A DNA stretch of 32,472 bases, from positions 1 to 32,472 of the forward strand of contig JACREV010000048.1 in the NCBI GenBank assembly GCA_016218095.1, written 5' to 3'. Both the position numbers and the translations under genes were made by a program. The notes below the pieces were generated by a model, which did no database searches, was not told the DNA's origin, and saw only the letters and a program-made list of their open reading frames with translations. This document shows, in pieces, positions 15,980 to 25,101 of the stretch. This stretch comes from Deltaproteobacteria bacterium. GTDB lineage: Bacteria; Desulfobacterota; GWC2-55-46. Position 1 is the stretch's first letter, and every line of letters begins with the position of its first letter.

Positions 15980-17434
15980 ATGAGCGGAGAGCCGAAAGAG
16001 ACCAACTGGGCGCTTGAGCATATAGAATCGCGAAAGTCCCTCATCCGGGCCTCGTACGATAGTATCGCCGAGATCCGCGAGAAGTGGATAATAAAGAACC
16101 GCTACTTCTACAGGAAGCTCGGGACATTCCTCAAATTCATAATAGAGCCGGATAAAAAAGTCCTCCTCTTCAGGTCCGAGCTCGGCCAGCTCCTCCCCGA
16201 CTTATCCCCAAAAAAGGCGCTCGGCGTCGATATCTGCCAGAAGATGGTATCGTTCGCGCGAAAAAAGTACCCGCAATACTCCTTCGAGTGCGCCGACCCC
16301 GAGGAGGTCGAGCTAAAAGAGAAGTTCGACTACATCGTCTTTTACACGCTCGGCGACATCATAGACATAGAGAAGGCCTTTTTGAACGCAGGACGCTCTG
16401 CCGACGAAGGGACGCGCCTCATCGTCATCAACTACAACTACCTCTGGAGGCCGCTCATCGTGGCCGCCGAAAAGCTCGGCTGGAAGGTCCCACAGCCCAC
16501 CCAGAACTGGCTTAACCTCCCGGTCATCGAGAATATGTTGTATCTTGCCGGATACGAGGTCGTGAAAAAGTACCGCCAGGTGCTCTTCCCCGTCAACATA
16601 CCGGTCGTGTCGTGGTTCTTTAACGACGTGCTCGCCAAGGTCCCGGTAATAAAGGACCTCTGCTTCCTCCAGATAGCGGTCGCGAAAAAGATAGTGAACA
16701 GGCCCGCCGAAGGCTATACCGTCTCGGTCATCGTCCCGTGCAGGAACGAGAAGGGGAACGTCGCGGACGCCGTAAAGCGCGTGCCGAAGATGGGTAAGGG
16801 GACGGAGCTGATATTCTGCGACGACAAGTCCACGGATGGGACGGCTGATGAAGTAAGGCGCATGATGGCCTTGTATCCTGAAAAGGACATCAGGCTCGTC
16901 CCCGGCCCCGGCATCTGCAAGGCGAAGAACGTCTGGACGGGGTTTGAGGCCGCCAGCGGCGACATACTCATGATTCTGGACGCCGACCTGACCGTCATAC
17001 CCGAGGAGCTCCCCTACTTCTACGACGCCATAGCAACGGGCAGGGGCGAGTTCATAAACGGCTCCCGCATGATATACCCCATGCAGGAGCAGGCGATGAG
17101 GACCCTGAATATAATAGGCAACAAGTTCTTCAGCCTCGCCTTCTCGTACCTTTTGGGGCAGAGGCTCACCGACACGCTCTGCGGCACGAAGGTCCTCTGG
17201 AGAAAGGACTGGCCGAGGGTAAAGGGGCTTTTGGGCTCCTGGGGGGTCGAAGACAGGTGGGGGGACTACGAGCTGATATTCGGCGCGGCGAAGCTCCACT
17301 TGAAGATAGTCGAGGTGCCGGTCCATTACCTCGAGCGCGTCTACGGGGAAACGAAGATGACGAAGAGGCTCTCAAACGGCCTCGTCATGCTCCGCATGTG
17401 CATCGCGGCGCTAAAAAAATTCAAGTTCGTGTAG
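15980..17434 (+). CDS. Fused methyltransferase-like domain + GT2 glycosyltransferase (polyprenol-phosphate sugar synthase-like)
   Basis: C-terminal VSVIVPCRNE, CDDKSTDGT, ILDADLT, FINGSR, DTLCGTK, EVPVHY-x2-R-x2-G. N-terminal Rossmann MTase-like region (LGVDI, FDYIV). ATG at 15980 after GGAGAAGG. Confidence 0.88.
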   Translation: MSGEPKETNWALEHIESRKSLIRASYDSIAEIREKWIIKNRYFYRKLGTFLKFIIEPDKKVLLFRSELGQLLPDLSPKKALGVDICQKMVSFARKKYPQYSFECADPEEVELKEKFDYIVFYTLGDIIDIEKAFLNAGRSADEGTRLIVINYNYLWRPLIVAAEKLGWKVPQPTQNWLNLPVIENMLYLAGYEVVKKYRQVLFPVNIPVVSWFFNDVLAKVPVIKDLCFLQIAVAKKIVNRPAEGYTVSVIVPCRNEKGNVADAVKRVPKMGKGTELIFCDDKSTDGTADEVRRMMALYPEKDIRLVPGPGICKAKNVWTGFEAASGDILMILDADLTVIPEELPYFYDAIATGRGEFINGSRMIYPMQEQAMRTLNIIGNKFFSLAFSYLLGQRLTDTLCGTKVLWRKDWPRVKGLLGSWGVEDRWGDYELIFGAAKLHLKIVEVPVHYLERVYGETKMTKRLSNGLVMLRMCIAALKKFKFV

Positions 17435-17436
17435 AT

Positions 17437-18150
17437 ATGGATGAGCGCGTAAGGCGGGAGATAGCCCACGGCGTAAAGATCGCCGCCGAGGCAGAGGACA
17501 TCTGGGGGTGGTCGGGGAGGATCGGGGCGCTCAGGTGGGAGCGGAGGATGAAGATGCTCCTCTCTGACCTTAAGAAGGGCGAGCGCGTCCTCGAGGTCGG
17601 CTGCGGCACGGGGTTACTCACCGCCGAGGCCGTAAAGACCGGGGCGCGGATATGCTCGCTCGACGTCTCTGTCGACCTCATTAAAAAGGCGCTTGAGAAA
17701 CCCGAGTGCGGGAAGGCGTCGTTTTTTTGCGCGAGCGCCTACGAGCTGGGTTTCAAGGACGCGTCGTTCGCCTCCGTCATCGGCATGTCGGTCCTCCATC
17801 ACCTCGATATCGACAAGGCCTTGAAGGAGTTCTACCGCGTGTTGAAGCCGGGCGGGAGGCTAGTCTTCTCAGAGCCGAATATGCTCAACCCGCACATATT
17901 CGCCGAGAGGACGTTCTTCCGCGAGCGGTTCCACAACTCGCCGGACGAGACGGCCTTTGTGAGGTTCTCGCTCGGACGGAAGATGAAGGCGCACGGCTTC
18001 AGGGACATTTCCATTGAGCCGTTCGACTTCCTCTACCCCAAGATACCGGCCCCTCTTGCCGGCGCGATGAACACCATCGCCAGGGTAATAGAGAAGATAC
18101 CTGTCGCATCGGAGTTCGCAGGAAGCCTTTTCATAACCGGGAGGAAATAA
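17437..18150 (+). CDS. Class I SAM-dependent methyltransferase
   Basis: RVLEVGCGTG, LDVS, VLHHL, RVLKPGG-x-L-x-FSEPN. ATG 2 nt after the GT2 stop. Confidence 0.9.
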   Translation: MDERVRREIAHGVKIAAEAEDIWGWSGRIGALRWERRMKMLLSDLKKGERVLEVGCGTGLLTAEAVKTGARICSLDVSVDLIKKALEKPECGKASFFCASAYELGFKDASFASVIGMSVLHHLDIDKALKEFYRVLKPGGRLVFSEPNMLNPHIFAERTFFRERFHNSPDETAFVRFSLGRKMKAHGFRDISIEPFDFLYPKIPAPLAGAMNTIARVIEKIPVASEFAGSLFITGRK

Positions 18151-18157
18151 AAAGGCA

Positions 18158-20092
18158 GTGATGAGGAAACCGACCATGAACAACCCCGGCATCAACGGAA
18201 AAAAGAGGCCCGAGCGCGGCAACGGGCCGGTCGTGAACATCAGGGACTACATGCCGAAGAGGGATTTCTCTTCGGTCTGGGTCCACCTCTTCGCCATACT
18301 CGTGGTCACCATAGCCATATACTCGAACAGCGTCAACGGCGCCTTTGTAGCCGACGACGTGAGCTTCGTAAAGGAGAACATCGCCATCAGGAGCCTCGCC
18401 AACATCCCGGACTTCTTTCTCTCGCCCAAGTCGCTCGCGGCGGGGGACTCCGAGTGGGGTACGATAATATACAGGCCGCTACGCACCGCGTCTTTCGCTA
18501 TCGACTACGCGCTCTTCGGCCTGAGGCCCTTTGGCTACCACGTCGTGAACCTCATCCTCCACATGGCTTCGACAGTCTCTCTCTATTTCATCGTATTGGG
18601 GCTCTTCAACATCGCGGGGGTCGCGTTCCTGTCCGCCCTCCTCTTTGCCGTGCACCCGGTCCACATAGAGGCGGTTTCGTGGATAGCATCGAGGGCGGAC
18701 CTTATCGGGATGGTCCTCTTCAACCTCTCGTTCCTCTCATACATGCGGTACAAGGAGGTGAGGAGCAAGACGTGGCTCGCGGCCTCTCTCGCGCTCTCGT
18801 TCCTCGCCTATGTCGGCAAGGAGACGATGGTCTTCCTCCCGGGCCTCATAATATTCTACGACTACGCCACACGGAACAGGCGGCCGATATCAGACACCGT
18901 AAAGGCGAATATCGGGAGCTGGGTCCTCTTCGCCATCGTATGCGCCGTGTACATGGTCATAAGGGCCTCCATCACCGGGAGGATGTCGACGAACCAGGGG
19001 TGGTGGGGGGGGACGGCCTATTCGAACTTCCTCATGATGGCCGAGGCGACGGCCGCGTACATAAGGCTCATGGTCTTGCCGTACGGTTTTACATTCCACT
19101 ACATCATCGACCCGGTCTACAGTATTTTCGCGCCGAAGGTCGTAGTCTCCCTCGTCGTAATACTCGCCTCTATCGTCCTTATAATTTATTCGCACTTCCG
19201 TAACAGGCTCGTATTCTTCTCGCTCGTCTGGTTTTATCTGGGTCTCGTGCCTATCGCGAACATCATCCCGATATCGTTTTCCATGATGGCCGAGAGATAC
19301 ATATATGTGCCCTCTGCAGGGCCGATCATCGCGGCGGGGTACGGGTTATATCGCCTCTACAGGTACGCCGCAGAACGCTCGCCCGGCTTGCAAAGGCTCG
19401 CCGCAGGCGCCATAATCGTCCTCGTCCTCATATTCTCCGTGCAGGTGGTCATAAGAAACGACGACTACAAGGACGAGTTCGCCTTCTACTCCTCCGCCGT
19501 CGCGGTCTCCCCGGACTCCCCTCCCTCGAACAAGGGGCTCGCGGACCAGTTCTACAACAGGAAGGAGTACCCAAAGGCGATAGATTATTACGAGAAGGCG
19601 ATAGCCCTGGACCCGGGTTATGTCGAGGCGCTCCTTGGCGAGGCGGTCGCTTACAGGGAGACGGGGGAGTTGGGCAAGGCCCTCGCGGCGGCAAAAAAGG
19701 CCGCCCTTGTCGAAGAGAAGGTCGCCTCTTTAAAGCCCAAGAACCCGCTCATAAAGTTCAACCTCGGCAACATCTATAAAGAGATGGGCGACCTTGAGGC
19801 CGCGCGAGCCGCGTGGGAGGCGGCTGTGGAGCTTAACCCCGAGTACTCGGAGGCCCTGAACCACCTCGGCATCTACTGGCAGTTGAAGGGGGATAACGCG
19901 AAGGCCCTTTCGATGTTCGAGAGGTCCTTGAAGGCGAACCCTTACAACGCCGAGACGCACTACAACGCCGCGCTCCTCTACGAGAGAGGCGGCGACGCGG
20001 AAAAGGCCGGAGGCCACTTCAGGAGGTTCATGGCGCTCGCCGGCCCCGAGTACGCCTTTGAAGTGGGGGAGCTTAAGAAGAAGGGGTATTGA
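18158..20092 (+). CDS. TMTC-like multi-TM GT-C glycosyltransferase with C-terminal TPR repeats (protein O-glycosyltransferase-like)
   Basis: FVADD, YRPL, YH-x2-NLILH, FAVHPVHIEAVSWIASRADL, GKET, MAERYIYVPS, about 10-11 TM segments, then several TPRs. Exact start uncertain. Confidence 0.85.
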   Translation: MMRKPTMNNPGINGKKRPERGNGPVVNIRDYMPKRDFSSVWVHLFAILVVTIAIYSNSVNGAFVADDVSFVKENIAIRSLANIPDFFLSPKSLAAGDSEWGTIIYRPLRTASFAIDYALFGLRPFGYHVVNLILHMASTVSLYFIVLGLFNIAGVAFLSALLFAVHPVHIEAVSWIASRADLIGMVLFNLSFLSYMRYKEVRSKTWLAASLALSFLAYVGKETMVFLPGLIIFYDYATRNRRPISDTVKANIGSWVLFAIVCAVYMVIRASITGRMSTNQGWWGGTAYSNFLMMAEATAAYIRLMVLPYGFTFHYIIDPVYSIFAPKVVVSLVVILASIVLIIYSHFRNRLVFFSLVWFYLGLVPIANIIPISFSMMAERYIYVPSAGPIIAAGYGLYRLYRYAAERSPGLQRLAAGAIIVLVLIFSVQVVIRNDDYKDEFAFYSSAVAVSPDSPPSNKGLADQFYNRKEYPKAIDYYEKAIALDPGYVEALLGEAVAYRETGELGKALAAAKKAALVEEKVASLKPKNPLIKFNLGNIYKEMGDLEAARAAWEAAVELNPEYSEALNHLGIYWQLKGDNAKALSMFERSLKANPYNAETHYNAALLYERGGDAEKAGGHFRRFMALAGPEYAFEVGELKKKGY

Positions 20093-20151
20093 AGAGGATA
20101 CCCTTCGCATACTTTAGCGCGCCTCATAGCCAAGCGGGGCCCCTTGCCTTT

Positions 20152-20245
20152 TTGTCATTGCGAGGAGCGCATTTGCGACGAAGCAATCTCCAGGCAAATC
20201 GAATTATCAAAAGATGAGATTGCTTCGTTTCACTCGCAATGACAA
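20152..20245. repeat. TGTC/CGTC-tagged extragenic palindromic repeat (REP-like)
   Basis: TTGTCATTGCGAG (20152-20164) / CTCGCAATGACAA (20233-20245) and ACGAAGCAATCTC (20178-20190) / GAGATTGCTTCGT (20216-20228) are perfect inverted pairs. Confidence 0.8.
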
Positions 20246-20355
20246 TCCTGGAGTTTTTTAGCCGCTTTTGTAGAAGAGGGGGATGTTCATGCCCCGGCTT
20301 TCATTATCAAGGGGGAGGTAAAGGCCTCTGCCTCCATACCCCTCCCAAAAACCTG

Positions 20356-20384
20356 TTGAAAAGCCCCTACCCCTTATATATGAT
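20356..20384 (+). promoter_or_regulatory. Sigma70 promoter for usp-tatB-tatC (TTGAAA-N17-TATGAT)
   Basis: -35 at 20356-20361 and -10 at 20379-20384. A second TATAAT lies at 20421-20426. Confidence 0.5.
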
Positions 20385-20457
20385 GATATTGTAAAACCCG
20401 TCCCGCGCTGAAAGCTCGTGTATAATTAAATCAGAAGAGACCAACGGAGAAGATAAA

Positions 20458-20919
20458 ATGGCAGAGAGAGACACGAAGGGCTTCAAGAAGATACTCTTCC
20501 CGACCGACTTTACCGACGCTTCCGTCGCGGCGGCCTCTTACGCGCTCATGCTCGCGCGCCAGGGCAGGGGACGCATATACGTCCTTCACGTGGTGGACGT
20601 GAGCAGGGAGGCGGCCGGGTTCTACCTCCCGCACCTCTCGTTCGAGAAGCTCGACAAGGAATTGAAGGCCTCGGCCTCCGAGATGCTTAAAAACTTCTGC
20701 GCCAAGCAGTTCAAGGGGTTCAAGGGGATCGAACAGCACATCCTCGTCGGCGAGCCCTACAAGGAGATATTGAAGGTGACGAAGGGGTCGGACATAGACC
20801 TCGTGGTCATGGGGACCTTCGGGAGGACCCGCGTCGACAGGCTCCTCTTCGGGTCCACCACCGAGCGGGTCATGAGGCGGGCCGAGTGCCCGGTCCTCGT
20901 CATCCCGCCCTCGAAATAA
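20458..20919 (+). CDS. Universal stress protein (UspA family)
   Basis: FKKILFPTDF, VLHV, G-x-P-x2-EI, DLVVMGTFGR, LFGSTTERVMR-x-A-x-CPVLVI. Confidence 0.95.
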   Translation: MAERDTKGFKKILFPTDFTDASVAAASYALMLARQGRGRIYVLHVVDVSREAAGFYLPHLSFEKLDKELKASASEMLKNFCAKQFKGFKGIEQHILVGEPYKEILKVTKGSDIDLVVMGTFGRTRVDRLLFGSTTERVMRRAECPVLVIPPSK

Positions 20920-20931
20920 AGGCCGGAAGAG

Positions 20932-21255
20932 ATGTTCGGGATAGGGTTAACCGAGCTTATAGTCATACTCGTCGTGGCGCTCATATTCATAGGGCCTGAA
21001 AAGCTCCCGGGGATCGCCCGCACGCTCGGGAGGGCCTTCAACGAGTTCAGGAGGGCCGGGGACGAGCTCAAGAAGAGCATCGCCGACATCGACGGCCCCG
21101 AAGAAGGCAAGAGGACCCGCAAGGCCGGGGCCGACGCCAGAGGAGCCGCCTCCGCATCCACCGCTGAACCCGCCGCACCTGCCGCGACCGTTGCCGGGAA
21201 AGACCCCGCGCCTCCGGAAGCCCCCGCGCAAAAAGAAAAGACCGAAAAGGCTTAA
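20932..21255 (+). CDS. tatB: Twin-arginine translocase subunit TatB (TatA/B family)
   Basis: MFGIGLTELIVILVVALIFIGPEKLPGIARTLGR (GPEKLP is TatB-like). Immediately upstream of tatC. Confidence 0.85.
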   Translation: MFGIGLTELIVILVVALIFIGPEKLPGIARTLGRAFNEFRRAGDELKKSIADIDGPEEGKRTRKAGADARGAASASTAEPAAPAATVAGKDPAPPEAPAQKEKTEKA

Positions 21256-21258
21256 AGG

Positions 21259-22041
21259 ATGATCGAGAAAGAGACAGCGGCGGCCCTGACAGCCCATCTA
21301 CGGGAACTCAGGAAAAGGCTCATCGTCTGCGTCATCGCGACCGCCATCGGCTTCGCCGTCTGCTACAACTACTCGGTCGAGCTATACGGGCTCCTCACGA
21401 AGCCGCTCATCCCGGCGCTCCCGCCGGGCGAGATGCACATGGTATTTACCGGCGTCGTCGAGCCTTTTTTCATATACATGAAGGTCGGCCTCTTCGGCGG
21501 GCTCATCCTTGCGAGCCCGGTAATACTCTATGAGATATGGGGGTTCGTCGCGCCGGGGCTCTACAAGGGCGAGAAGGCGTGGTTCCTGGGGATCGTAATA
21601 TCCTCGATCGTCCTTTTCGCCGCCGGCGCGCTCTTCGCCTACTTCGTCGTCTTCCCGTTCGGTTTCAAATACCTCTTGAGCTACTCATCCGACTCATTGA
21701 AACCCCTCTTGTCGATGGACCTCTACTTCTCGTTCGCGACGAAGTTCTTGATCGCCTTCGGGGCGGTCTTTCAGCTCCCCCTCGCGATACTCGTGCTCGC
21801 CAGACTCGGGCTCGTCACAGCCGGCAAGCTCTTATCCTGGTGGAGATACGCGCTCGTCGGCATACTCGTCATTGCGGCGGTACTCACGCCGACCCCTGAT
21901 GTTTTCAACCAGATGCTCATGGCAGGGCCGTTATTTGTCCTCTACGGGGTCGGGATTATCGTCGCGAAGCTCTTCGGCAAGAAGAGGGAGGTCCCGGACG
22001 ATGTCGAGGAAGACGAGGACGGGATCGAGGACGAGGAATAA
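21259..22041 (+). CDS. tatC: Twin-arginine translocase subunit TatC
   Basis: HLRELRKRL, EPFF-x2-MK, YEIWGFVAPGLY-x2-EK, FG-x2-FQLP, AAVLTPTPD. Confidence 0.96.
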   Translation: MIEKETAAALTAHLRELRKRLIVCVIATAIGFAVCYNYSVELYGLLTKPLIPALPPGEMHMVFTGVVEPFFIYMKVGLFGGLILASPVILYEIWGFVAPGLYKGEKAWFLGIVISSIVLFAAGALFAYFVVFPFGFKYLLSYSSDSLKPLLSMDLYFSFATKFLIAFGAVFQLPLAILVLARLGLVTAGKLLSWWRYALVGILVIAAVLTPTPDVFNQMLMAGPLFVLYGVGIIVAKLFGKKREVPDDVEEDEDGIEDEE

Positions 22042-22087
22042 GGGGATCGAACTATGGTTTTTTAGTTTGGCATGCAGTATGTAGTAT

Positions 22088-22118
22088 GTAGGTTGGGCTG
22101 AATGAAATGAAGCCCAAC
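22088..22118 (+). repeat. GTAG-tagged REP-like palindrome
   Basis: GTAG tetranucleotide followed by stem GTTGGGCT (22092-22099) / AGCCCAAC (22111-22118). Confidence 0.6.
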
Positions 22119-22173
22119 AAAAATCGGGTGCTTTCACCACAAAGCTTTAAAAAAATTTAAGGAAGAGCTTTTT

Positions 22174-22479
22174 GCGGGTTCAGGTTTATAACCTGAACCC
22201 ATTATTTCGTGACCCGAATGCGGCTCGTCAGGCTATGAAGCTTTTTGCCTAAGGCCCTTTTGCGCGCTCCGCGCGCTTTTGGCGATGGCTCCGAGCGCTT
22301 TCTTCCTCCCCCACCCGCTCGCGCGCCCCCTTAGAGCGCTTCGCGTCTAATCTCCTCGGCGCTCTCGCCTCGGCCTCCCTTAGGCGCTCTCCGCCATGCG
22401 CCTGTGTGTTTGTAAAGACAGAATAAAAAATCTTTTTTGGTTTTTCTTTGGGCGATTCAGGTTATAAACCTGAACCCGC
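22174..22479. repeat. Inverted doublet of self-palindromic 24-bp repeats (REPIN/MITE-like)
   Basis: GCGGGTTCAGGTTTATAACCTGAA (22174-22197) is the exact reverse complement of 22456-22479. Each copy is itself a hairpin. Confidence 0.8.
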
Positions 22480-22488
22480 CCAAAATTT

Positions 22489-22527
22489 AAAGAGCCACCC
22501 CGCAGGCTTCCGCTGGGTGGCTCTTTT
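22489..22527. terminator. Intrinsic terminator, probably bidirectional
   Basis: AAAGAGCCACCC (22489-22500) / GGGTGGCTCTTT (22515-22526), just past the stop of the Wzz-like gene. Confidence 0.75.
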
Positions 22528-22557
22528 CGTCAAAAGGAATTCTTGTCGCCGCCGGGG

Positions 22558-23718
22558 TCAGCCCTTCATCTGACGTAGCCTGTCAAGCCCCTGTATCGAG
22601 AACACCAGCAGTATCGAGAGGAGGAGCGACGCGAACGTCGCTGTGACGATTATGAGAGCGCGCTTCGGCTTGGACTTTTTCTCCGGGGGCTTGGCGTAGT
22701 CGAGCGCCTGGATGATAGGAGAGTCCTTCGACTCCTGGATCTTCGCCATCTCGAACTGCTGGGTGAGCAATTCAAAGAGCGTCTCCTGGATCTTTGCGTC
22801 CCTTAAAAGAGTCGTGTACCTCGCCGTCAGCCTCGGTATGTTCGAGGTAGGGACGAACAGGTCCTTCTGCCCGCCGCCCTCGTCGAGCTCCCTCATCTGC
22901 TCCTTGAGCTGTTTGACCTGGGTCTGCAGTATCTCCACCTGCGGGTTCGTAGGAGCGGCGTAGGAGAGGAGCGTCTGCAATTCGAGCTCCTTGGCCATGA
23001 GCTGGCCCTTTATCGAGCCCACGGCCTCTATTATCACCCTCGACTGCTCGTCGAGCTTCACAGCCCTGTTCGTCTCCATGAAGGTCTTCATTTCATTCTC
23101 GATCCTGCCGAGCTCGTCCTTTGCCTCGAGGAGCCTCTTTTCTATGAATATCCTCATCCTCTTGCCCGAGGACATGACGACCTGCTTGTTTATCCTGTCG
23201 AGCTCTTCGACGAAGGCGTTCGCCATCCGGGCCGCGACCTCCGGGTCCTCGTCGTCCACGGAGACGAGTATTATCTCTTCCTTTGTCTTGGAGACGGAGA
23301 CCTTCTTGTCCAGCGCCTTGCGGGCGTCCTCTATCTTCTCCTCGCCGTATGCCACCCGGAGGTCGAACCTCTTTATGATCTCGTCCTTTACGGTCTGGCT
23401 GTTCAGTATCCCGACCCAGAGGTCGGCCGGTGACTTGAGGCCGAGAAAGCCGCTCAAGGCCCCGCCCATGCCAGCCGGGATCTGCGAGGCTATCATCGAG
23501 GCGCCGAGTGTCGCCTCCTGTTGCGGCGGGAGGATGCTCGCCGTCGAGGTGTAGACCTTGGGCAGGAGCAGGCTCACGATCGTCGAGAGTATGAAGGTCG
23601 CCCCGACTATCGCGGCTATGAGCTTTTTGTGCCTCTTTACGGTCTCAAGGTAGACGGTAAGCTCGGTCTCGAAGGACCGGGTGACATCTTTTGTCATTTG
23701 ATCGGACATCTCTTCCAT
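22558..23718 (-). CDS. Polysaccharide co-polymerase / chain-length determinant (Wzz/GumC-like, no kinase domain)
   Basis: N-terminal TM, PKVYTSTASILPP, A-x2-MANAFVEEL, coiled coil, and C-terminal LD-x-A-x-PPEKKSKPKR plus TM. Confidence 0.88.
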   Translation of the reverse strand: MEEMSDQMTKDVTRSFETELTVYLETVKRHKKLIAAIVGATFILSTIVSLLLPKVYTSTASILPPQQEATLGASMIASQIPAGMGGALSGFLGLKSPADLWVGILNSQTVKDEIIKRFDLRVAYGEEKIEDARKALDKKVSVSKTKEEIILVSVDDEDPEVAARMANAFVEELDRINKQVVMSSGKRMRIFIEKRLLEAKDELGRIENEMKTFMETNRAVKLDEQSRVIIEAVGSIKGQLMAKELELQTLLSYAAPTNPQVEILQTQVKQLKEQMRELDEGGGQKDLFVPTSNIPRLTARYTTLLRDAKIQETLFELLTQQFEMAKIQESKDSPIIQALDYAKPPEKKSKPKRALIIVTATFASLLLSILLVFSIQGLDRLRQMKG

Positions 23719-23751
23719 TCCGTAAAAATATCGAGTTGAAAAAACTTGCGA

Positions 23752-24702
23752 TTAACCTTTCGACATGCGCCAATCGAGCGTAAGGCCTATGCCCGTCTTG
23801 AGGTCCACCTCCGGCCTCCAGCCGAGGAGGGCGGCCTTCCCGACCTTGAGACAGCTTTTTTTAAGGTCCCCTGCGCGGGCGGCGGCTCTCGAAGGGGACT
23901 TGAGCTCCGCCTTCAAAGGCCTTTTCGCGTCGAGCGCGGAGGCGATAGTCGTGAAGAGGTCGAGCGTGTGGGTGGCGACCCCGGTCCCGATGTTGAAGAA
24001 CTCCGCGCTCCCGTTTTTGAGGGCGAGGAGGTTGGCCCTGGCGACGTCGCCGACGAAGCAGTAGTCCCTCGTCATCCCCTTCGGCTCGTCCTTGAAGTGA
24101 TAAAGCGTGCAGGGCTCGCTCTTTAAAAGCCTGTCCATGAATATCGCGACGACCCCGGCCTCTCCGTGGGGGATCTGCCTCGGCCCGTAGATGTTGGCGT
24201 AACGCAGCACCGTGTAGTCGAGCCCGTACTGGTGCCTGTAGAAGGCGAGGTAGTGCTCGGAGACGAACTTCGTTATCGCGTAAGGTGAGAGCGGCCTGGG
24301 GCTGTACGCCTCCGAGGTCGGGTACTCCTCGGCCTCTCCGTAGACCGCGCCGCCGGAGGAGATGAATACGACCTTCCTCGTGCCGACCGCCCTCGCGGAC
24401 TCGAGCACGTTAAGGAAGCCGCGGACGTTCACGTCCGCGTCGAACATCGGGTCCTCGACCGAGGCCGGGACCGACATCTGCGCCGCGTGGTGGTTTACTA
24501 TCTCGGGCCGCTCCATCTCGAAGACCTTCCTTAATTCAGGCGAGCGGACGTCGAGGAGGTAGAACTTCGCCTTCGGGTTCAGGTTCTCGAGTTTTCCGGA
24601 CGAGAGGTTGTCGACGACGACGACCTCGTGCCCCTCGCGGATGTAGGCGTCAGCGACGTTCGACCCGATGAAACCGGCGCCTCCGGTCAAGAGTATCTTC
24701 AT
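23752..24702 (-). CDS. NAD-dependent nucleotide-sugar epimerase (UDP-glucose 4-epimerase-like)
   Basis: TGGAGFIGS, DNLSSG, HHAAQ, SSGGAVYG, YAITK (YxxxK), LRYANIYGPRQ, RDYCFVGD. Confidence 0.93.
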   Translation of the reverse strand: MKILLTGGAGFIGSNVADAYIREGHEVVVVDNLSSGKLENLNPKAKFYLLDVRSPELRKVFEMERPEIVNHHAAQMSVPASVEDPMFDADVNVRGFLNVLESARAVGTRKVVFISSGGAVYGEAEEYPTSEAYSPRPLSPYAITKFVSEHYLAFYRHQYGLDYTVLRYANIYGPRQIPHGEAGVVAIFMDRLLKSEPCTLYHFKDEPKGMTRDYCFVGDVARANLLALKNGSAEFFNIGTGVATHTLDLFTTIASALDAKRPLKAELKSPSRAAARAGDLKKSCLKVGKAALLGWRPEVDLKTGIGLTLDWRMSKG

Positions 24703-25101
24703 GCGGAATGTCCCTTTCCTGATAGTGTTGAAAGGAGGGCGCGCCGGGTAAAAGCCGAGAAGGCCCCTTTCAGGGGGGCCAAAGCCCTCGCGAGTTTTTG
24801 GTCTTTATCGTGCCTGATAGAGGCCGGGCAGGGGGTGTGGACTAAAGCCCCGTGGGAACGCAACTCTTCTGGTCTCCTGATGTTTATTGACCATGGATCA
24901 TAACACAGAAGGGCCGGCTCAGAAACAATTTTTTGCGTATGTGAAAGACGGCACGGGAGACGCCCCTCATGCGGGCCAAAGGGGCGTGCGCGGCTGCGAC
25001 CCGCTTACCCGGCGGGTACCAGTCGTTCCCGAAAAAAGCCCGGCAGGGCGCAAAGGGCTTTTAGCAACAGGTTGCTTTTTTAAAAGGTACAATAAGGCAG
25101 A

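Noticed and set aside
20932-22041. tatB-tatC without tatA as an unusual Tat system
   Set aside because: tatA is often encoded elsewhere, so absence from a 32-kb window is uninformative.
22200-22455. Possible basic peptide ORF inside the inverted doublet (minus strand)
   Set aside because: No suitable start codon or SD, and the only nearby ATG is followed by a stop after five codons.
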